A stretch of 61,015 nt of DNA, counting the filler, from Gonapodya sp. JEL0774 (lineage: Eukaryota), in NCBI GenBank assembly GCA_027604505.1. It is 16 parts of 16 records of this genome, joined end to end, with 100 filler letters (N's around TTAATTAATTAA, not from the genome) between each part and the next. Parts side by side here need not be neighbours in the genome. Positions count along the whole stretch, not along the records: positions 26,815 to 30,540 come from JADIIX010001171.1; positions 30,641 to 34,360 come from JADIIX010001172.1; positions 34,461 to 38,173 come from JADIIX010001173.1; positions 38,274 to 41,985 come from JADIIX010001174.1; 12 more parts are not named here. One strand, written 5' to 3'. Below, in pieces: positions 27,368 through 39,561 of the stretch; within the stretch, counting starts at the first letter, position 1, and each line of letters opens with the position of its first letter. A program made the position numbers and the translations under genes. Under the pieces are notes generated by a model. That model worked only from the letters and a program-made list of their open reading frames with translations. It was not told the origin of the DNA and did no database searches.

Positions 27368-30300
27368 ATGGAAGGCAACATCCAACAACTAATTGATCGT
27401 TACCGCCTCCCCGGCAATTGCCAAGTCGCTGTGAAGGATATCTGGCCGGACCATGGGAGGTTTGAGCAAGTTCGGGAACGCTATGAGACCGGCATCAAGG
27501 AGCTCATGTAAGCGGGTGATAACCTTTTCATTTCTATCTTACTGACAACCAGCCTACTCCAGGACCGCCATCGCCAAGCTCGGCTGGCTCCCCACAAGTG
27601 TCGTGATCCTCATCGAGCTGGGAGACGGAGACTACGGCATCGTCGATGGAAATCACCGTCTTATTGCGCTAATCCGCCTCAAGGAGCTGGGCGAGGAGAT
27701 AGAGTCTCTTCCAGGGCTTCTGGATGGGACGATGACTGTCAGCGCAATTGTTCTAAGGGTGAGTGTTCAAGAACGTTCACAATTCCATTCAGTATCCCAA
27801 CTCAAGGTATGATCCTGACACTGTAGGCTGACACACCAGACAGGATCCGCTTGCATATCGGGTCCATGATGAACTACTCCAACGAGACACGTGAGTACCT
27901 AACCATTGCGCCAACCATCCTTCACTCACCTCCATCTCCAACAGACGTACCCATGACCCCGTACGACACCTACGTCACTATGAGCCGGGCAATCACCTTC
28001 GCCAACAGCAACGGCAGGTTGCTGACCAACTCCGACATCGTCAGAAGCTTCGAAGGGGCTGGCAAGACTATCATCACACAAGTCAACAGCTGGCTGGCTG
28101 TTGCGAGATACTACCATGTCATCCCAAATGTGAGTGCTTCATCAAGAATTTGTTTGTGCGCCTGTTCTAACATGAACTGCAGTTCAATTCTATACTTCGG
28201 ACAGACTCCCTCAACAACCGCCCTCATTTCCGTCTCCCAATTGGTGTTATCTACGCAGAAGGCACCGTGAAGGTGCAGATAGTGGACAGGAATCCGGACC
28301 TTGCGGTAAGTTCACGGAAATTTTTACTAGTTGCCGAGATAACATTTGGATTAGCCCTGAATCGATCGTGATATCCACAGGAAACGTTTATACGACAACT
28401 TGCTGAATTACCAAAAGCTGCAACACAAAAGGAGGTCAAGGAATTGGCAAAGCTATGGGGCAAGGTATATCTTCCATGGATCAATGGTGTGAATGACTTG
28501 AACAGCAGTCAGGGATGGATGGACGAAAAGAAGGAACAGGCAACCGAATTGATAATTGCAGGTATGTACCATTGTAGAATGTGACGTAGCTCCCTCTATC
28601 TTCATTTAATGATTGCTATCTGGACAGGCACGTTCCCCAAACATACCACACGCGCTGAAGTAATTGTTCAGTTGGCCAGGTTGCTTGAACTTACCCCCAA
28701 GGTGCCACAAGTGGTAAAGGAAAGGAAAAAGGTACGTCTTATTTTGGGGTTAGGCCACAATGAGCCACTTACCACCATCCAGTTGGAGAACCATCCCTGA
28801 CCCGCGATGCATCCCCTTCACCGAAACCACGTCGCAAAGCACAAGGCGGATCCTCGGTGTCTGCCGATTTGCCCCTCATGGATCTTAACCCCGAAGATGT
28901 GAGTGACCTGTTGCTGTCAATTTGATTATGGCTTACATTTATTAACCAAACTGGTATTTGGATCTTACTGTTCAACTCAAGGAAGACAACAACCCTAAAG
29001 GGGCTTCAAAACTCTCGAAGGAAGAGACTGAAGCTACCCCGAAACAGAAGGTAGGTGAAGGGTATTAATTCCTTGGTGCGTTTGCTAACATGTGTTATTT
29101 AGAAACAGCGTGAGAGTCGCAAGCTCATAAATCCAATCGCCCTCCCCACCACCCATCTCGTGGAACCCGATAAACTCGAGGAAGCGCTTACAGCATTCAC
29201 AACTGAACAAGGTGCAAATCATTTGGTTTTCATAATTGATTTCCCTAACCCTGAAGATGCAGACAAATTGAGACTGGTGAGTGTTGCATGTAATTTTGCC
29301 TCGATATATTATTGACCCACTAATGTTCCTGAATTGTTTGGCCCCGAGATTACAAGCGAAACTGTGTGGATTCCGACTCATTGCGCTTAACAAGGTACTG
29401 AAGCAAGGTGGGGTACTCATCGAGGTAAGTGGTCTGTTCTTTTGTACTATCACAAATTACTGATACATGTTCATCAGCGAATTGACATGTCCGAGTTTGC
29501 TGCTATGAAGTCTGACTATCTGACCGCTGGTGCGCCCACCTCTGCCACTGTGCACTTCGCTTTCCAGTCTGCCCCTACCTCGAAAGGCAACCTTCCTGAC
29601 GACAGCACCCTGTTTGACGCCACCAACAATGTTACCCACTACGCTGTCACATCTACATCACCAGCACCGCTCAACTGGTCACAGGGGTCGTCTTGGCGTC
29701 GATCATGGGCGAACTCGAATCTGTTCGGCCCATGCACAGTTCCTGATCTCGATGTCGTGGTGAGTTATCTATTGTTGATCAGCCACCGATTTCCTATTCT
29801 CACTTAGTATTAATTGTTTTTTGACAGAAATACGTGATACCGTCCCAGTCCAAGAAGAGCGAGAAGAAGCTCCCGTATTTCACACGACAAACTCCAAGCG
29901 CACTTTGGATGGAGCTTATCACCCTAGTAAGTAATCCGGGTGATGGAGTTGTATTGCCTAGTGTCGGGACAGGAAGCGCTGCTACAGCGTGTGCCATTCT
30001 GGGGCGCACGTGCAACGCTTGGGTTTTCGACATCGAATTTCGCGGGAACCTCGAGAAACATTTTCTTGCAATTGATAGTCTGTTACGGGAGGACGCGGGG
30101 AAGACATTGGAAAGGTGAGTGACAGTATTTGCATTACATTTCTGGTGTTTGATTTCTCTAACCCCCAACTAGATTGATCCAAGACAAGGATTTTCTACGG
30201 TACACCTTGTCCACTAGGTGCACCCCGATTGCCTCGCCGCCGGTCAAGAGCAGTAACCTCTCGGCCAAGAAAATCGCAGATGTCCCCTCCTCGCCCACGG

Positions 30301-30540
30301 CTCCGAGTACACTTATTGATGTCCCGCCAGCTCGTAAGTAATGGTTTGATCATCATGTTTTGCACTTTAATGCTAACAAGCTACCTAATACTCTTTCTAC
30401 AGAACAATCCCAGCCTGGTTCTGGTCATGGCCGCCGTGTGCAACGTTAGTACCAAATTGCATGTTGGCTGCTGCAACTTTGTGCTCATACCTGGGTTTTG
30501 CTTCACAGAACGTAATCCCTACATTGATAATGAGGCAGAG
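27368..30540 (+). CDS. Intron-rich ParB (NTD+HTH) fused to a beta-class N6/N4 DNA methyltransferase-like domain; possibly a damaged copy; 3'-truncated
   Basis: ParB: QVRERYETGIKELMTAIAKLGWL..YGIVDGNHRLIAL..IRLHIGSMMNYSNETHVPMTPYD, then HTH-like LTNSDIVRSF..QVNSWL. MTase: NKVLKQGGVLI, RQTPSALWMELITLVSNPGDGVVLPSVGTGSAATACAILGR. Frame continuity could not be resolved near ~28705 and ~29280-29390. Confidence 0.68.
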
Positions 30541-30985
30541 NNNNNNNNNNNNNNNNNNNNNNNNNNNNNNNNNNNNNNNNNNNNTTAATTAATTAANNNN
30601 NNNNNNNNNNNNNNNNNNNNNNNNNNNNNNNNNNNNNNNNCGAGTTCAAAGTGAACATTGTCGTGTAAGAAGGGTGATTTGGAAAGCCGAGAGCCAGTTC
30701 CCACACGAATCTCCGAGAACCTGAGCAACGTTGTACTGCGCTTATCTTATGAGAAGAGGTAGATCTTCAGATTCTGAAAGGGTCGGCGAGATCTCACTCA
30801 AAGAGCCACTAGACACACAGTAGGACGGTGCTCCGGTGAATACTGTCATCCATAAATTCCGTCAAGCATGTATTTAGCACACTCAAATAGTCCAATAAAG
30901 AAGTTCTCACGGACGATTGATGGGTTCCTCTGAATTCGGCGCGATCATCATCCCGCACGTACTCTCACTCTGATACCAACTCTTG

Positions 30986-31843
30986 ATGGACGACTACGTG
31001 CCTGTCGCGACCGTCGAAGACTTCAATGCCGGTGAGTTCTATCAAGTATACATCACCGTCAAAGTTCAGCTGATTGGGGACACTATCCAAAAGGGAAGTT
31101 CACAAAAAGGTCTTTGGAGATCACTGTCGCGACGATCCCGCTTCCACACTACGTTGCCGTCGAGAGAAATGGCGCCGCAACTATCCTAGATCAGTCGGAG
31201 GTTGAAATCGCGAAGCAAAAATGCACCAAAGTCGCAGTCTTCCGAAAGCCGGACGGGAAGTTCTTCGCGGTGAATGCGGTCTGTCCGCACGCGGGGTATG
31301 GCTTGAGCGAAGGCGTCGTCATGGATATTGAAGACTCGATGCTTGGGAAGGTGAGTTTCTTCAGCTGTCATGTCGAGTGCTGAGTTGTTTTTTACTTGGA
31401 CTTTCCATGCCACGTTCTCGAGGTTGCAAACGTGGTTTGTCCAATGCATGGATGGTACGTAAATCTTACAGCTGATGATGGCCTTTCAGATTACTCAGAA
31501 CGCTTGAATATTTGTTAGGGCATTCAATTCTTTGACAGGTGAAGAGATTTGAGGTCACCCTGATCCCGACTTCTCCCGTTAATTGGCATTCCAACACCCC
31601 GCTAACACCACTGACCTTGTGCCATATCTGGACATTTGATCAACAGGCGCATGTACTTCTTCCAGCTTTATCTTGGATGTTTACGGCACTCGCATCGCAC
31701 CCGACCCAGACAACTTCGACAAACCGACTGTGTGGTGCTCCAAGCTTCCAGTCAATGATGACGTAGAAGGGCCCAGGCGAGACTATGGCGGCAAGCTGCT
31801 CAAATATGGCGGTGACGACATGTGGGCTGGGGACTTCTCCTGA
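30986..31843 (+). CDS. Rieske [2Fe-2S] domain protein (RFESD-like)
   Basis: AVCPHAGYGLSEG..DIED..VVCPMHGW|AFNSLTG|AC; 5 exons. Confidence 0.85.
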
Positions 31844-31970
31844 TAAAATTGGCAATTTTCTATTGCGTCCGACATAATTGTGACTGTACACAGCACTGGG
31901 GACCAAAGACTGTCAACACGAGAAACGTTTTTGCAATCGTATGGAGCACTCACGGTTATTAAATAGAACT

Positions 31971-33485
31971 TTACGACATCCGTAGAGCAGCATGGTACTC
32001 GGCCTCCAACTCGTCCACCACGTCCGCCACTCCCTTCACATCTCCACACATGTTGATCACTCCCTGCCCCGCACTCCACAGATCTTTCCACACCTTGCTT
32101 GAGCTGCTCTTCACCCAATCCTCGGTTCCCAACCCTTCCAGTCCCTCACTCCTCAGACCACTTTCAAGCGCCGCACTATCGATTCCGTTCTGCTCAAGAG
32201 ACTCGCGGAGAAAGTTGGCGTTGATACCCGAGATGTGTGGTGTGTAAATTGTGGGGAGAAAGGTGGGTGGGGGTCCTGTCTTGGAGCCCGAGAGGAGCAT
32301 TTGTTTGTACGCGGTCGGTGACGCAGTCTCGGTGGTGGGGATAAAACGGGTTCCCTGTTACAGACGAGACAACAAATTATAAAGTGCTCACGTCAGTGCT
32401 TTGACTCTGACGAGGAGGCTCCGACCTGGCCATCAGCTCACCATGTACGCCAAATCGGCACCGAGAACTTGAGCGGCCCTGATTCCCCTTCCATCGGAGA
32501 TTGCCCCTCCCATGATTATCACACCATCAAATACGGAGCGCAGCTATTTACATGAGCGGGCGGGTCGACATCCGAGAAATAAAGAAAGATTCAATCGCCG
32601 AAATATGATCATTGCAACGCACCCGCGGGATCAACGCAAACGGTGTGGCAATGCCAGCGTGACCACCGGCTCCTGCACATATAGCAATCAATCCATCAAC
32701 GCCTGCCTTCACGTAGATTCATAAAGCGGAGGTTATGAGCAATAGCACGAGCAAGCGAAGATCGAAGAACAGAATGCGGTGTGACATACTTTGGCAGCTT
32801 TCTCAGCGTGCACGGCGTTGGTTACACTAACAGCATTTAGGTTCGAGCAGATCTAGTGAGATGACACATATCTCCGTGCCATAAAGGTTCGCATCGAGCA
32901 CTCACTCATGAAAGACGTGCCCTCCATATTCATGTACTGCATCAACAATGTCCTTAGACGGTCCCAACGACGTAATGATGATTGGCACCTTATTCCTCAC
33001 GAGCACTTTAGTCTGATCCTTGAGGCGACCATTCGTCTTGTGAGCAATCAAGTTTGCTGCAAACGGCGCCGGTTTGGGAAGGGTCTTGGGTGAAGCGAAA
33101 TGTGCCCGGTCAGCGACTTGGAGGCCAGCTTTAATGCTGTCGAGCCAAGACTGAAGTTCAGATTCATTTCGAGCGTTGAGTGCCGGGAACGCTGTGGGAT
33201 CGGCTCGATGAGTTCCGAATGATCCGAATGTCCACTTCATTGCTTTGTGCGAAATGACCTACATCCAACTTCGGATAGATGGAGAATTTGAGGCAAATGT
33301 CGATCCATATGAGCAAGAAGAGTATTTCTTAAGCGTTCCCGTTCATCGTCCAACGGCTCACCTATTCCAGATTTACACGCTGAAACGACGCTTTCCGGGG
33401 TCGAGACGAGGAACATTGGCGCCACCATTGCGGGTAATCGCAGCTGATTGATCCATTTTGGGATCTTTGCGTGGTTTCTAGTCAT
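31971..33485 (-). CDS. Nitronate monooxygenase (2-nitropropane dioxygenase) family flavoprotein
   Basis: LRLPAMVAPMFLVS, FPALNAR, FAANLIAHKTNGRL, IITSLG, HAEKA..GVDGLI..AGAGGHAG, LGADLAYMGTRF, WKDLWSAGQGV. Confidence 0.92.
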
Positions 33486-33556
33486 TTAAATTTGGCGTGG
33501 GTTCTGTAAACCTGGGCAAATTCATCTTCGATGATCCAACACTCCACAAAACACCA

Positions 33557-34360
33557 ATGACAGACCACGCTCCTGCCACCAACGGCTCGAGTCCTCCGAC
33601 AAGTGCATCCAACCCATATCTCGCTCACTTTGACGAGAATCCATATCTCTCTTTTGGAATCGCGAACCGTCGGCGTGGTGGCATAGCGTTTCATGGTGCA
33701 GGACGAGGGGGTGAACACGACGACCGAGGTGGTGGTAGAGGGAGAGGAGACAGAAACTGGAGGGGAGGGAATGGTGGGAGTGGAAGGGGTCGGGGCCAGG
33801 ATCAGGGCAAGGTGAGCTTCCAGCTTCGCGTCTTCACCGCCCACATTTGAGGTAAAAGCGCACATTACGCGTGACTAGCTGGGCCGCTTCCCATTCGGCA
33901 ACTACGATCAGTATTATGGCTACCGGAATCCTGGCGATGCTGGCTCGTTTGCCGTGGCCAGACTTGATCCTCGAATAGCAAACGTTCTCGGACCGAAACT
34001 GTTGCAGCACGAGGCAGTGAGCACCGATGATAAAGAAAGTTTGAGTTCACTGGCACGAGCCATGGTAGGTGATAACTGGTTCAAGGGGAAACGAGTCCTG
34101 GATGTGGGTTGTAACGCCGGCGGGATGACCGTTCCAATAGGTGAGCAGGGAACTCAAATTCCAGATCTGAATGATCTATTACATTGCGCTCTATTTTTCT
34201 TATTTGCGATCTGTCCCGTCCCTGTTTCCACACATTCTGTTGTACGACTCTCCGACCGATTTGAAGCCATCCTCTTCCTCCCTTCTCACATTGAAGGTGT
34301 CGATATCGACCCCACACTCATCTACAAAGCCCGCCGGTACACCAACTACGTCTACTCGCT
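33557..34360 (+). CDS. BIN3: Bin3/MePCE-type RNA methylphosphate capping methyltransferase (5' part)
   Basis: RGG-rich N-terminus, FPFGNYDQYYGYR, LDPRI, WFKGKRVLDVGCNAG, IEGVDIDPTLIYKA. Confidence 0.88.
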
Positions 34361-34460
34361 NNNNNNNNNNNNNNNNNNNNNNNNNNNNNNNNNNNNNNNN
34401 NNNNTTAATTAATTAANNNNNNNNNNNNNNNNNNNNNNNNNNNNNNNNNNNNNNNNNNNN

Positions 34461-35097
34461 GGACGTCGGAAACCAGGAAGGCGGCAGTATACGGGTCCGT
34501 GACGCTGATATCATTTCAATACAGGCTTCCACAAGCTGAAAACAGCGATAGCAACTCACTGCCAGTAAAGAACACTGTCGATGAGGACCATGACGTTGTC
34601 CTTCGTCATGATGTTTTGTCGAGGAATATCGTCCACCTGGATTTTGATATCGATCCTCTTTATATTCTCGGTAACAACGTTCACGCGCCAGAGACCAGGG
34701 TCGACCGAGCGATACCATTTACCAAAACGTGAGATGAGACCGACTTCCCCCTGTCGGACGGTTCTGTTGACAGCAGTTGTGTTCGACCCGGTGAACTGCA
34801 TATTTAAGACTGGGTGAAAAGAAGTCCATGGACTCACTTGTAGGGATTGGGGCAGCAGAAAACACCAGGAATTGCCCCAAGAACGCCGATGCATTCACCG
34901 AGTGAGGTCAAAAGGCCTACCGTCGATGTCAATGATTGTATGAGCTCTGACTCCGCCTATGGCCGATCGGAGCGGTGCGCAGAAGAAACCAGCTGACCTT
35001 CATACCCGGGGTGTTCCGAGGGCGGAAGATCCACTTGCTTCGCGAAGCTCAGTTGAACGCGCATGGCAGGAATGGCAGGAGGTGGGCTTGCAGACAT
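34461..35097 (-). CDS. Stomatin/SPFH (band 7) family protein (5' part)
   Basis: LGAIPGVFCCPNPYK|TVRQGEVGLISRFGKWYRSVDPGL..PRQNIMTKDNVMVLIDSVLYW|HVTDPYTAAF. Confidence 0.9.
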
Positions 35098-35418
35098 TAT
35101 GAAGTACTTTGATACTTGATTGGCCTTTGCACTTTCCGAAATGGAGTACAGAGAAGGTTGGTCGCTTTTATAGCAAATCAGTGTCCCTGATGGCGAGGAT
35201 TGGTGTGTCGAATTGTGGATGGGTCAAGTGGGCCGCATCTCGAACTGGCGAACATGGCAATCAAAAGGCGGAATTTAGGACTCACTTGAATACATGGATG
35301 AGAATTGGAATATAGGCGCTAGATAGTCAATACAAAATTAGACTAAAGTTCGTGGATGAAATTAGTGTTTGCGGATACAAGGCCGTTATGACGCCGTTGA
35401 TCACCCTCATGATGACCT

Positions 35419-37449
35419 TCATAAGGAAGAATCCCCTTTTCGGCGACGCCAGTCATTTACATGAAACTTGCGGACTGTTTGATTCATTAGTTCACGGGTT
35501 TGACAAATGAAAGAGCTCTCATGGAACCCACATCGAATTGACGGATCGTGAATGTAACTGTATGCATTGAGGGCGGCAAAAATAGCTGTCACGGTTAAAA
35601 TGCCGGCCGTTACAATTCCTGTGCGATGGAAATGAGGTGCATGGTTTGAGAAGTCAAGAACTTAGCAGCGGCATTAACAGGTCCCACCATATATCGTGAG
35701 CCATGTGGTGGTGCTCGGATCCAAGAAATAGGGATAATCGAACATGCTCCATATAAGGAGAACAAGAAACCCATCCATTATCAAGCAGACCACGACAACA
35801 ACTCCTAAGGAAGAGGGGGATTCTTCTTCCATCTAGGCAATCGAGATACGCAGTGACATTCTTGAGAGTCTTTGGGTGAAGAGCACAACCAAATCATCCA
35901 TCACCTCACCGCAAAGTTGCCGGTCAATACGACAAATGAAGTCCCTCCTCCCAGCACAATAAGATAGAGCGTCAGCGTGACCGGGGCAATGTCTGTGGTA
36001 GTATCTACTCCAAACAGCAAGAATTGAACCCAAAAGGTTCCGCAAAAGAATCCTGCAAGACGCAGGAAGAAGAGAAGGATGTTATAGTTAGCGAATCGAC
36101 CTGTAGGTAAGATTGATGGTCAGCTTGTAGTGGGGCTAGAGGGCGGGTAAAACAATTCACTTACGACGTGTGCTCGCGTCTGCTCCCACGTCCTTGTACA
36201 TCTTCCAGCCCATCCTTTTCATCAATTTCACCCCGATCCAGACCCATGCTATTGAGAACAGAGTGTTCACTCCCACAACAAAGTACCCGACATATCGCTG
36301 GCTAACATCCTGCAAGTAGAGGTGTAGTTCAACTACATTTAGACACCATCGGCTAGATGGTGCAGATTGTCCTCACTCACTGTGCCTTGAAAGTCGAACC
36401 TGGGAAATAGTAGTGCAATCTTGTCGCTAATTTGGCGCTCTTTCACCACCCCGTACAATGACATAAAATAGGAAATGAGCATGAAAACTGAAAGTCCCAG
36501 AAGCTCCATGGAGTTCGAGGTCGAAACCTGGTAAAATCAATTACAACTGCGATCAGAGAAATCTCTAAAAGACAGGCAGGACACTGCTCTCACCGACTCT
36601 ATATACAGATAGAACTGATAGATCTGTGCGACAGAAAATACCATGTAGTTCAGCTTCTGTTGTAAACCAAAAACCTGCAACCATGGAGAAATACAGCGAT
36701 AGAGAAACAAAACGGCACGTAGTTCTTACAAAATGAACATCGATGGAGGAACTCACTGTGATCTTCTGCCAACTCTCTTTCCCCTCGGTGTTGAGCATTA
36801 GGTTCTCTATGCGAAACCTCTGAGTGAACATGAGAGCAGCCAAGGAAAGATTCAAGAGAACTTGAAAGATAGCGAGCCCAAAACCAAGACGATTGGTGAT
36901 ACTCGACAACGGTTTAGCCTGTATGGGAGAAAGATGTACAACCTCCGTTTGGAACGGTAATGTCAGAATGAACAGCAATCAAGCAGGAAGTACCTGTACA
37001 CCAAGTGAAAACCAGCTCTGGCGACGTCTATTGGGGTTGGAAATGGTCGTGTTTTCCCCCAATGAGGAGTGAGGTTGGATCGCAATCACTTCAATTTCGT
37101 CCCTCCCTCCCGGAACATTCAGTTCTTTGCTTTGACGGCTAGCCAAAGTCATACTCCGATAGGCAGTCTGACGCCCGTTCGCGTCCAGAACCACCAGAGT
37201 GATGTTCTCGTCCAGGGTGGTAGAGCTCGGTTTCTGGGAGTTTTGAGATTCCGTCTGGCTCGGAGCGGTGACGACGATTGCGGGAGGCACGGGGCTTGGC
37301 AAACTGACAAGAGAGTCTGAATCGCGCGAGTTTTGTCGCGAAGTCTCTGCATCCAAGGTGCGATCCAGTGAACGGCTGTCATTATCGAGTGGCGGTTTTT
37401 CTGGTAACCTCCAGTTGCGATGACGGTCCAGAGACTTGGTCCGCTCCAT
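35419..37449 (-). CDS. Multi-pass membrane protein, UPF0658-like
   Basis: Disordered N-terminus then several TM helices; MGWKMYKDVGAD..RR..YNILLFFLRL..FF resembles the fungal FGWxIYKxIGAD family. Ends inferred. Confidence 0.55.
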
Positions 37450-38273
37450 CGCGAAGCTTCTACTCGATCAACGACTTTTTGGAGAGTATGGTTGCTGGAA
37501 ATACTTCGAATTTGGAAGGGAAGCAGTGTGCATGTGGGTGCTCGGCATACATGATCCATTCGGACACTCGGGACAAACAACAGGGTCCGTAATAATAAAC
37601 CCAAATTACTATCTGGGTTCGCCATCTCGCAGTTTGTCATGCGAGCATGGCTGGAAGAGAGGGATTATCCTCGCGATACTTCATATGCTACCATGCCGCA
37701 GAAGGACAACGTATCAAAGTTACGGCAAGCATACCAATATCACATCACAAGATAGTATCGGAGAATCATAAAATAAGGGGTGGTTAGCAGCGGGAACGAC
37801 CACATGACGAACACAACGTCGGACCAACACATTAAAGCAGCTGAAAGGACTGCATATAAACAATCTCAGCAATAAGAATGAAAGATAGATTTTTCATGCG
37901 GAGGATGGATCCGTCACAATCGAAAAGAATTCACTCGTTCTACAAGATGCTCTGGGTACGTTGTGACATCATGATCAAGCACTACATAGACGTCCGATCG
38001 CATCTAAGGGACCAAAAATGTATCCGAATCACAAGAATGGCGCAATACATAAAAGGATATAGAAGATAAAGGGAAAGGAGTAGCTTTTGATGCGATAAAG
38101 TGATGCCAGACTAACAGAGGAGTCCTTAATATGACCGTAAGAGCCACCTCAGGCGTCGAGCCATCTTCACTGCNNNNNNNNNNNNNNNNNNNNNNNNNNN
38201 NNNNNNNNNNNNNNNNNTTAATTAATTAANNNNNNNNNNNNNNNNNNNNNNNNNNNNNNNNNNNNNNNNNNNN

Positions 38274-39085
38274 GCATTGAAGATGTCGAGGCTTAATCGT
38301 CGGAGCTTGGCTGTATTTTGACGAGAGAGAAGCAAGAGATCTTGTCGCACAGTTTTGTCGCGAACTGTTTGGAGGGCCGAGGGGAGTTGTACGACGTAAA
38401 GTTCCTCCAATTGGGGTACAAGAGACATGTTTACCCGGAGGACTGCATCCGTAGTAGAGAGACGTGTGAGTCGAGGACAGGACTGGAGGAAGGATGAAAG
38501 TTCGGTGGAGTTGGGGCTTCGTGAAATGAAGGTGTGGATGCGATGGGGAACGATGGCGGACAGTGCACGACGCTCATCTTGATTCATGACCGGAAATTGC
38601 TCGGACGAGCTGGCGTGAAGTGCTTGGAGGTCCAGAATTTGGACTACGCCCCGGCTGACGCGATGGAAAGTTCGGCACCTCCAAAAGAGAAGTGGGTCTC
38701 CCTCTTTATCCAGATTTCGCTGCATCTCAGCAACTCCACGAGCAAGGCGCCCTCCTGGTGCTCGCTTCCATCGCTCGGTTCTTTGTACGATCTCCGTGTC
38801 AACTTTCTCTACTCTGTCCGCTTCACCAGACACATCACCACGCTCTGATTCAAGGTCCTTTCCCCACTTCTCCGCACCCTCTTTCCAAGATTCAAAGATT
38901 TTGACAAGGCCCCGTAAATGAGCGGGGGATCGGGGACGGAACTCGCGAAACAGGCCGAACGAAGCGAGGTCATCTAGAGCGCCATTGACCAGGCGTAGCG
39001 AAATGAGGCTGGAATAATCCGCATCTGCGGCTAAGCAAGATACGATTCGGTCCAGTATTTCGATGGGGAGCCGCGGTGGAGGCAT
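38274..39085 (-). CDS. F-box / LRR-like protein (3'-truncated)
   Basis: N-terminal RLPIEILDRIVSCL..SLRLVN F-box pattern; downstream CPRLTRLS, VPQLEELY, KLRRLSL. Confidence 0.7.
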
Positions 39086-39561
39086 AATCAGTGCGAGTCG
39101 TTGTTCAGGGGATGAAAATGTTGGGGAAGCAAGGGCACTACGTAACACACCCATGCAGTGAGCACTCGACCACTGTTTCAGTCTAGAGGACTTGCTCAAA
39201 CCGAGGCGTCGGATAACCGCGCAATAAAGCCGAATATGAAAGTCGCAATCTCAATATTATTCTTGAACCAGTGGCGCTCTTGGAGTAACACAACAAGATG
39301 ACACCGCGACCTCAGCGGTGGCAACCAGCACTAATCCTTCCAGCTCCGTTGACTTTCACACTGCTCGAAGTTCATGCAGCAATGGGCTACAACTTGCAAA
39401 ATGTAAAACTACAGCACCCAGTATTCCCAGCTGATCTCTCACGCTAGTACTGACTGAGCTGTCACGGGCTTCGCTGCGCTGATCGGACGGGAAGCGGCAC
39501 TTTTCCGTGCATATGGCCGTAGTTGACCTTTATGAGGCAAATTAATTTATAACCATTACAC

